DNA from: Bacteroidetes bacterium UBA6661
GTDB taxonomy: Bacteria; Bacteroidota; Bacteroidia; AKYH767-A; OLB10
DNA: 64,000 bases
Assembly: GCA_002455375.1 (NCBI GenBank)
Contig: DKKR01000071.1
Location: forward strand, 15,632-79,631
Reading direction: 5' to 3'
The notes beneath the pieces are model-generated. The model did not search any database. It had not been told where the DNA came from and saw only the letters and a program-made list of their open reading frames with translations. A program made the translations under genes and the position numbers. Within the stretch, counting starts at the first letter, position 1. Every line of letters starts with the position of its first letter. Below, one piece after another: positions 57,502 to 64,000 of the stretch.

Positions 57502-58845
57502 ATGTCAAAAAACAAACGCATAGCTATTTTGGGTGCTGCTGAAAGCGGAGTAGGCGCAGCCATCCTTGCACAAAAGCAAGGCTATGATGTTTTTGTGTCA
57601 GACCTTTCGCGTATTGCCGATAATTACAAAACACATCTTACAGAGCGAAATATTCAGTTTGAAGAAGGATGCCATACCGACAGTCTGATTCTTAATGCAG
57701 ATGAGATAATTAAAAGTCCGGGTATCCCTGACAAGGCAGCAGTTATTAAAAAAATTAAAAATGCAAACATCAATATTGTTTCAGAGATTGAATTTGCTTC
57801 AAGGTTTACCAATGCTAAAATGATTGCCATCACCGGCACCAATGGTAAGTCAACAACAACTTTACTGACCTATCATATTCTTAAAAAAGCCGGAGTAAAT
57901 GTTGGACTTGCCGGAAATATCGGAAAGAGTTTTGCCTGGCAGGTTGCAGAAGAAAATTTCGATCATTATGTACTTGAGCTAAGCAGCTTTCAACTGGATG
58001 ATATGTACACCTTCAAAGCTGATATTGCTGTGTTACTCAATATCACAGCCGATCATCTTGACCGTTACGAGTATTCAATACAAAATTATATTGACTCTAA
58101 ATTCAGAATCATACAGAATCAAACTGCAGAAGATGCATTTATCTATTGCTTTGATGATGCAGTTATAAAAACAGAAGTCCTGAAAAGAAACCCTTTGGCA
58201 ACATGCTATCCTTTTTCAATCAGACAGGATGAAGGCATGAGTGCTTACGTAAATGACAATAACTTATATCTGAACATACACAACAACTTATTTACTATGT
58301 CTATTTTCGAACTAGCCTTACAGGGCAAACACAACCTCTACAACAGTATGGCTGCCGGAGTTGCAGCACGCATACTCGACATTCGCAAGGAGTCTATTCG
58401 CGAAAGCTTTGCAGATTTTCGCAATGCAGAACATCGGATGGAGTTCGTCAATACCGTACACGGTATTGACTTTATCAACGATTCAAAAGCAACAAACGTA
58501 AACAGTGCATGGTTTGCTCTCGAAAGTATGCAAAAGCCTGTTGTTTGGATTCTGGGTGGTGTTGATAAAGGTAATGAGTATGAAATGCTGAACGATCTCG
58601 TAAAAGAGAAAGTGAAAGCTATTGTTTGTCTTGGTAAAGACAATAAAAAAATACATGAAGCTTTCGGAAGTATTGTAAGTGATATTACCGATACCTTGTC
58701 TGCTCATGAAGCAGTAAGTGTTGCGTATCAGAAAGGCAAAAAAGGTGATGTGGTATTGTTATCGCCATGCTGTGCAAGTTTCGATTTATTTAAAAATTAC
58801 GAGGACCGTGGTCGTCAGTTTAAAGCAGCTGTAAAAGCACTTTAA
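57502..58845 (+). CDS. murD: UDP-N-acetylmuramoylalanine--D-glutamate ligase
   Basis: ILGAAESGVG N-terminal Rossmann motif, ITGTNGKSTT P-loop, DSKATNV motif. Confidence 0.9.
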   Translation: MSKNKRIAILGAAESGVGAAILAQKQGYDVFVSDLSRIADNYKTHLTERNIQFEEGCHTDSLILNADEIIKSPGIPDKAAVIKKIKNANINIVSEIEFASRFTNAKMIAITGTNGKSTTTLLTYHILKKAGVNVGLAGNIGKSFAWQVAEENFDHYVLELSSFQLDDMYTFKADIAVLLNITADHLDRYEYSIQNYIDSKFRIIQNQTAEDAFIYCFDDAVIKTEVLKRNPLATCYPFSIRQDEGMSAYVNDNNLYLNIHNNLFTMSIFELALQGKHNLYNSMAAGVAARILDIRKESIRESFADFRNAEHRMEFVNTVHGIDFINDSKATNVNSAWFALESMQKPVVWILGGVDKGNEYEMLNDLVKEKVKAIVCLGKDNKKIHEAFGSIVSDITDTLSAHEAVSVAYQKGKKGDVVLLSPCCASFDLFKNYEDRGRQFKAAVKAL

Positions 58846-58863
58846 GCTTTAATTGAAACAAAA

Positions 58864-60021
58864 ATGAATTGGATAGAAACATATTTTAAAGGTGACCGCA
58901 TCATCTGGATGGTGGTAATACTGCTTTCGTTAATGTCACTTATGGCGGTTTATAGTTCAACAGGAACTTTGGCATATAAGTATCAGGAAGGCAATACAGA
59001 GTATTATTTATTTAAGCATGGTATTATTGTCTTTCTGGGTTTTGGTATCATGTATTTTACCCATCTTGTAAAATATACTTTCTATGCAAAAGTTTCACGC
59101 ATAGCAATTTTTCTTGCTATCCCTCTTTTATTACTCACACTACTTACAGGTACTAATCTTAACGAAGCATCACGTTGGTTAACTCTGCCTGTAATCAATC
59201 TTTCGTTTCAGACATCTGACTTAGCCAAGATAGCCTTGTTGTTGTATGTTGCACGATCGCTATCTAAAAAGCAAGATAACATTAAAGATTTTAAGTCTGC
59301 TTTTCTTCCCGTTATTTTACCTGTGTGTATTATCTGCGGATTAATTCTTCCGGCCAACTTTTCTACTGCAGCAGTTTTGTTTAGTACCTGTCTTGTACTG
59401 ATGTTTTTTGGTCGTATTAATTTCAAGTATATACTTTCTCTTGTTGGTATCGGTATTTTAGGATTGGGTTTGTTTTTAATGATTGCCTCATTTTCCGGTT
59501 ACGAAGGAAGAATTGGGACATGGAAAAAACGAATTGAAAATTTCAGCAATGGAAATGATCAGGGAAATTATCAGACACAACAGGCAAAAATTGCAATTGC
59601 CTCAGGTGGTATTTTTGGTAAAGGTCCCGGTCAGAGTACACAAAGAAATTTTCTTCCACACCCATATTCCGATTTTATTTTTGCAATTATTATTGAAGAG
59701 TATGGCTTCATGGGTGGTTTGGTAATTGTTGTTCTATATCTGTTGCTGTTTTATCGTGCAGTCGTCATTGTGCGAAAGAGCCCGTTTGCTTTTGCAACGT
59801 TGCTTGCCATAGGATGTGCATTCAGCTTAGTTTTTCAGGCTATGATAAATATGGCTGTTGCAGTAAATCTTTTCCCTGTAACGGGCCAGCCATTGCCGAT
59901 GTTGAGCATGGGTGGAACATCTATATGGTTTACCAGTATTGCCGTTGGCATTATTCTTAGTGTAAGCCGGAATATTGAACAGGAAGAATTAAAAACAGGA
60001 GTAGTGCATGCAGCAGCCTGA
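58864..60021 (+). CDS. ftsW: SEDS-family peptidoglycan glycosyltransferase FtsW
   Basis: About 10 TM helices. Motifs FQTSDLAKIAL, PHPYSDFIFAIIIEEYGF and PLPMLSMGGTS. Its position lies between murD and murG. Confidence 0.85.
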   Translation: MNWIETYFKGDRIIWMVVILLSLMSLMAVYSSTGTLAYKYQEGNTEYYLFKHGIIVFLGFGIMYFTHLVKYTFYAKVSRIAIFLAIPLLLLTLLTGTNLNEASRWLTLPVINLSFQTSDLAKIALLLYVARSLSKKQDNIKDFKSAFLPVILPVCIICGLILPANFSTAAVLFSTCLVLMFFGRINFKYILSLVGIGILGLGLFLMIASFSGYEGRIGTWKKRIENFSNGNDQGNYQTQQAKIAIASGGIFGKGPGQSTQRNFLPHPYSDFIFAIIIEEYGFMGGLVIVVLYLLLFYRAVVIVRKSPFAFATLLAIGCAFSLVFQAMINMAVAVNLFPVTGQPLPMLSMGGTSIWFTSIAVGIILSVSRNIEQEELKTGVVHAAA

Positions 60022-61150
60022 CATTAAAGTTATCATCAGTGGAGGAGGTACAGGAGGACATATTTTTCCTGCACTTGCCATTGCCAATGCAATTAAAAGT
60101 GCAAGACCTCTGGCTGAAATACTTTTTGTTGGTGCTAAAGGTCGGATGGAAATGGAAAAAGTTCCTGCTGCAGGATATAAAATTGAAGGACTTTGGATAA
60201 GCGGAATAAAACGCGAGCTGACAATAGACAACCTGTCATTTCCGTTCAAAGTGTTGTCAAGTATCAGTAAGGCTATGCATATTTTAAAGGAGTTTAAACC
60301 AAATGCCGCTGTAGGTGTAGGTGGCTATGCCAGCGGACCTTTACTTTATGCAGCATCATTAAAAAAAATTCCTTGTCTCATTCAGGAGCAGAATTCCTAT
60401 CCCGGAATCACCAATAAAATTCTTGCCAAGCGTGTTCAGAAGATTTGTGTTGCCTATGAAGGTATGGATAAGTATTTCCCTGCATCAAAAATTACGCTCA
60501 CCGGAAATCCTGTAAGAGAAAATGTGCTTATGCTTGATGGAAAGTTTGACGAGGCAATGTCGTTTTTTAATTTTAATCTTTCACAAAAAACATTACTCAT
60601 TGTTGGTGGTAGTCAGGGCGCACGATCTATCAATAAAAGTATTCTTGCCGGATTAGAAAAACTGAAAAATGCAGGAGTGCAATTGATATGGCAAACAGGC
60701 AAATTGTTTTATGAAGAGGCACAACGTGCCGTAGCAGAAGCAGGCTATGAGCAAGCGCGTGTTTTTGATTTTATTGCAAGAATGGATTTTGCTTATGCTG
60801 CTGCAAATTTAGTGGTGTCGCGTGCTGGGGCAAGTACAGTTTCTGAACTAACGTTGACAGGAAAACCTTCTGTTATGGTTCCGTTACCTACAGCAGCAGA
60901 AGATCATCAGACAAAAAATATTGAAGCCATGGTGAAAAAAGATGCAGCGGTTTTGGTGAAAGATGGCGATGCACTGCAACACTTAGTTGATACAGCATTA
61001 AAGATTATTAATGATACCGATCGTTTGAAGCAGCTTTCAGCCAACACTGCAGCAATGGCTTTACCTCATGCGGCTCAAAAAATTGCTGACGAAGTTATTG
61101 CAATGGCTACGCAGCATGCAGCACAAAAACTTAAACAGGCAACAGCGTAA
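60008..61150 (+). CDS. murG: undecaprenyldiphospho-muramoylpentapeptide beta-N-acetylglucosaminyltransferase
   Basis: SGGGTGGHIFPALA motif, GGYASGP, SRAGASTVSEL, and the EDHQTKN motif. Confidence 0.9.
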   Translation: MQQPDIKVIISGGGTGGHIFPALAIANAIKSARPLAEILFVGAKGRMEMEKVPAAGYKIEGLWISGIKRELTIDNLSFPFKVLSSISKAMHILKEFKPNAAVGVGGYASGPLLYAASLKKIPCLIQEQNSYPGITNKILAKRVQKICVAYEGMDKYFPASKITLTGNPVRENVLMLDGKFDEAMSFFNFNLSQKTLLIVGGSQGARSINKSILAGLEKLKNAGVQLIWQTGKLFYEEAQRAVAEAGYEQARVFDFIARMDFAYAAANLVVSRAGASTVSELTLTGKPSVMVPLPTAAEDHQTKNIEAMVKKDAAVLVKDGDALQHLVDTALKIINDTDRLKQLSANTAAMALPHAAQKIADEVIAMATQHAAQKLKQATA

Positions 61151-61152
61151 CC

Positions 61153-62568
61153 ATGAGATTCGATACTATAACGCATGTTTATTTTGTCGGAATTGGCGGC
61201 ATTGGAATGAGTGCACTTGCACGATATTTCAAAGCTATAGGAAAACAAGTTGCAGGCTATGACAGATCACAAACAGTATTAACAGATGAGTTAATTAATG
61301 AAAATATTGACGTACATTTTAATGATGATGAACAAACAATACCTCTAGCATTTAGAGATACAAACAGAAAGAATAATATTCTGGTTGTTTATACACCGGC
61401 AATACCAAAAAATCATTCAGAACTTAATTTTTTCCGTCAGCAGGAGTTTACTGTTGTGAAGCGCTCACAGGTTTTAGGTGTCATCACATCAATGCATAAA
61501 ACTCTTGCTGTAGCAGGCACACATGGTAAAACAACCACATCAAGCATATTGGCTCATATTCTTAAAACAGCAAATGTTAATGTTGCCGCTTTTCTGGGTG
61601 GAATTGCAAGAAATTATAACAGCAACATTATTCTCCCTGTCAGCGAGCATGATGTTATCAATGTTGTAGAAGCCGATGAATTTGACCGCTCCTTTCTTAC
61701 CTTGTTTCCTTTTGCTGCTGCCATCACAAGTATGGATGCCGACCATCTTGATATTTACGGTAGTGGCGAAGAGTTGAAGAAAACCTATCAGCAGTTTGCA
61801 TCTCAGGTTGATGAGAAAGGTTTGCTTGTTTTGCGAAGCGGATTGCAGCTGCAACCGGTTAAGGCAATGACGAAGTTCTATGCTGCAGGTGCACAGGCCG
61901 AATTTTATGCCGATAAAATTTCAATTCGTAATCATCGTTATTGTTTTAACTTTCATTTCCCTGATGGTGTTATTGACAATCTTTCTTTAGGGCTTCCCGG
62001 TCGTCATAATGTTGAAAATGCAGTTGCGGCAATTGCTCTGGCAATGAAAGTTGGTGTTAAAGAAGAAGATGTCCGTGCGGCACTGCAAAGTTATAAAGGT
62101 GTAAAACGCAGATTCGACATCAGATACGCTGACGTTAACTGCACTTTCATTGATGACTATGCACATCATCCTGAAGAACTGCGTGCTGCTATCATGTCAG
62201 TACGCGAATTGTTTGAGGGGAAAAAAATTACCGGCATCTTTCAACCGCATTTATTTTCGCGCACACGTGATTTTGCTGATGAGTTTGCTGCAAGTCTGGC
62301 TTTACTTGATGAAGTAGTACTTCTTGATATTTATCCTGCACGTGAGTTACCGTTGGAAGGAATAACATCTTCATGGCTGATGAATAAAATTAAGCACGAT
62401 AATAAAATATTATTAGGCAAGACAGATGTTTTGGATTACATCAATAAGCACAAACCTGAAGTGCTCATTACCTTAGGTGCCGGTGATATTGACACGTTGG
62501 TAACACCCATTCAGCAATTGCTTGAAAAAAAGTATTCAGTTCACGAATTAAAAAACCATAGACAATGA
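61153..62568 (+). CDS. murC: UDP-N-acetylmuramate--L-alanine ligase
   Basis: VYFVGIGGIGMSALA, AGTHGKTTTS P-loop, DDYAHHP motif. Confidence 0.9.
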   Translation: MRFDTITHVYFVGIGGIGMSALARYFKAIGKQVAGYDRSQTVLTDELINENIDVHFNDDEQTIPLAFRDTNRKNNILVVYTPAIPKNHSELNFFRQQEFTVVKRSQVLGVITSMHKTLAVAGTHGKTTTSSILAHILKTANVNVAAFLGGIARNYNSNIILPVSEHDVINVVEADEFDRSFLTLFPFAAAITSMDADHLDIYGSGEELKKTYQQFASQVDEKGLLVLRSGLQLQPVKAMTKFYAAGAQAEFYADKISIRNHRYCFNFHFPDGVIDNLSLGLPGRHNVENAVAAIALAMKVGVKEEDVRAALQSYKGVKRRFDIRYADVNCTFIDDYAHHPEELRAAIMSVRELFEGKKITGIFQPHLFSRTRDFADEFAASLALLDEVVLLDIYPARELPLEGITSSWLMNKIKHDNKILLGKTDVLDYINKHKPEVLITLGAGDIDTLVTPIQQLLEKKYSVHELKNHRQ

Positions 62569-63410
62569 AAACCAACTTTAAGATTAACGACAAACTGCGT
62601 TCTGCTTTTTTAATTGCAGGCTATGTTTTGGTTGCAGCCACTGTGTTAACATTGATGAGTTTTGCAGCAAAACGAAACCATGAACTTATTTGTAAGGGTG
62701 TTGTGGTAAACATCGAAGATGAAAATGTAAAAGGGTTTATTGACCGGAGCGACATCATGGAAATTGTTCGTTCCAAAGGGAAAAAAATCATTGGCAATAA
62801 GGTAGCTGATATTAACACTTTTATGTTGGAAAAAATCATTGATGCAAACCCTCACGTTTTAAAAGCTGAGGTATATTCAACCATTGATGGATGGGTACAT
62901 ATTGACGTGCAGCAACGAACACCGATAGTACGGATAATCAATTCAAAAGGAGAAAATTTTTATATAGACAATCAGGGAAAATTTATGCCATTATCTGAAA
63001 AATATTCCGAGCCTGTGATGGTTGCAAGCGGTCAGATTGCTGAAGGCTTGGTGCAACAGAAGCTTGGTTTGGATGTAAATGGCCTGCCATTACCAGATGA
63101 TTCTTTAGGAAAACTACCTATGCTGAGTCAGGTTTTTTTGTTGGCTGAACATTTAAAGCGTGATTCATCCTGGGATGCCATGTTTGAGCAGATTTATGTA
63201 GATGAGAACGGAGAAATTGAATTGATTCCCCGATTGGGAAATAATTATATTTTGCTTGGCAACATAGCAAACCTTGATGAGAAACTGAATCTTCTTCTCA
63301 ATTTATACCGTCAGGGATTTCCGGCAACAGGCTGGGATCAGTATGAGTCCATCAACCTGAAATTTAAAGGTCAGGTAGTTTGTAAAAAGAAAAATGTTAA
63401 ACTATCATAA
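62565..63410 (+). CDS. ftsQ: cell division protein FtsQ
   Basis: ATGA overlap with murC. N-terminal TM helix, then POTRA-like and FtsQ-type domains. Canonical position before ftsA. Confidence 0.7.
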   Translation: MKTNFKINDKLRSAFLIAGYVLVAATVLTLMSFAAKRNHELICKGVVVNIEDENVKGFIDRSDIMEIVRSKGKKIIGNKVADINTFMLEKIIDANPHVLKAEVYSTIDGWVHIDVQQRTPIVRIINSKGENFYIDNQGKFMPLSEKYSEPVMVASGQIAEGLVQQKLGLDVNGLPLPDDSLGKLPMLSQVFLLAEHLKRDSSWDAMFEQIYVDENGEIELIPRLGNNYILLGNIANLDEKLNLLLNLYRQGFPATGWDQYESINLKFKGQVVCKKKNVKLS

Positions 63411-63422
63411 AACTAACAATAA

Positions 63423-64000
63423 GTGGCAGAGCAGGTAACAGGTAATGAAGTAATAGTAGGTCTTGATATAGGCACTACAAAAATTGCGGCTATTGTGGGT
63501 CGCAGAAACGAGTTTGGAAAAATAGAAATTGTAGGTACGGGCAGAGCAGAATCAGTTGGTGTAACAAGAGGTGTTGTTGCCAATATCGAAAAAACTGTAG
63601 GCAGTATAAAGCAAGCCGTTGCCGAAGCAGAACATAAATGTGGAGGCAATATAAAATCTGTACATGTTGGAATTGCAGGTCAGCATATCAAAAGCCTTCA
63701 GCACAGAGGCATGATAACACGTAGCAGTACTGATGATGAAATCAGCCAACGTGATATAGATGCATTGATTGACGACATGTATAAATTGGCAATGCCTCCG
63801 GGTGAAGAAATTATACATGTTATTCCTCAGGAATTTATTGTGGATAATGAACAGGGGATAAAAGATCCAATCGGAATGTCAGGTATTAGACTTGAAGCCA
63901 ACTGTCACATCATTACAGGATTAGTAACTGCAGCAAATAATATCCATAAGTGTGTAACCAAAGCCGGTCTCACACCTGCAGATTTAATTCTTGAACCTTT
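63423..64000 (+). CDS. ftsA: cell division protein FtsA (3' partial, runs off the window)
   Basis: Not in the ORF track because no stop falls in the window. GTG at 63423 is the first possible start after in-frame stops at 63414 and 63420. Translation is AEQVTGNEVIVGLDIGTTKIAAIVGRRN...VHVGIAGQHIKS...IIHVIPQEFIVDNEQGIKDPIGMSG, an actin-like ATPase with FtsA signatures. Confidence 0.85.
   Translation, partial: MAEQVTGNEVIVGLDIGTTKIAAIVGRRNEFGKIEIVGTGRAESVGVTRGVVANIEKTVGSIKQAVAEAEHKCGGNIKSVHVGIAGQHIKSLQHRGMITRSSTDDEISQRDIDALIDDMYKLAMPPGEEIIHVIPQEFIVDNEQGIKDPIGMSGIRLEANCHIITGLVTAANNIHKCVTKAGLTPADLILEP

Noticed and set aside
63413-63818. Two minus-strand ORFs (63413-63649, 63552-63818)
   Set aside because: They are antisense to the clearly recognisable ftsA reading frame (VGLDIGTTKIAAIVG...).
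1-64000. Search for CRISPR arrays, tRNA/rRNA genes, IS elements, integrases, and restriction or toxin-antitoxin modules
   Set aside because: There are no regularly spaced direct repeats. No GC-rich cloverleaf-like segment appears in any intergenic gap, and all gaps are short and AT-rich. No ORF carries transposase, integrase, nuclease or methylase motifs. This is visual inspection only, so tRNAscan/Infernal and ISfinder searches would be needed for certainty.

Overview
The window reads as a chromosomal segment of an AT-rich member of the Bacteroidota. The evidence is five proteins ending in T9SS type-A C-terminal sorting domains, a fused ccoNO gene, TAnnTTTG-type promoter boxes, and a dcw cluster that runs mraZ-rsmH-ftsL-ftsI-murE-mraY-murD-ftsW-murG-murC-ftsQ-ftsA without murF or ddl. 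In order, the window contains: a cbb3 cytochrome oxidase cluster (ccoNO 5'-truncated at the window edge, a small ccoQ-like ORF missing from the ORF track, ccoP, ccoG, FixH-like, DsbD_2-like); a 1007-aa ABC ATPase/permease fusion; class II (B12) ribonucleotide reductase divergent from tryptophanase; a LemA-TPM-TPM triad; acylphosphatase, a Wzx-like flippase, dut, a GT2 polyprenol-P-mannose synthase and mannose-1-P guanylyltransferase; a 1168-aa S8 peptidase; bamD-rpoZ-coaBC-DUF4835-like. A less conserved stretch follows at about 26.5-36.5 kb, with large secreted T9SS cargo proteins and a small operon of uncharacterised secreted proteins. After that come cysteine desulfurase, glmM, a 2-hydroxyacid dehydrogenase, recG, another T9SS cargo protein, csp, adenine deaminase, pterin carbinolamine dehydratase, murQ, an acyltransferase and the dcw cluster (ftsA truncated at the 3' edge). 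I found no rRNA or tRNA genes, CRISPR arrays, transposases or integrases, or recognisable defence or toxin-antitoxin modules. Several ORF-track N-termini start at TTG or GTG upstream of a better ATG, and I trimmed those. All calls rest on by-eye motif recognition and gene order; no database search was possible. I cannot point to a convincing novel system. The least explained loci are the T9SS cargo pair at 26.5-32 kb, the overlapping three-gene secreted-protein operon with its divergent neighbour at 32.2-34.9 kb, the 463-nt ORF-poor leader upstream of the dehydrogenase, the duplicated N-terminal module of CcoP, and the TerB-like/ABC fusion.
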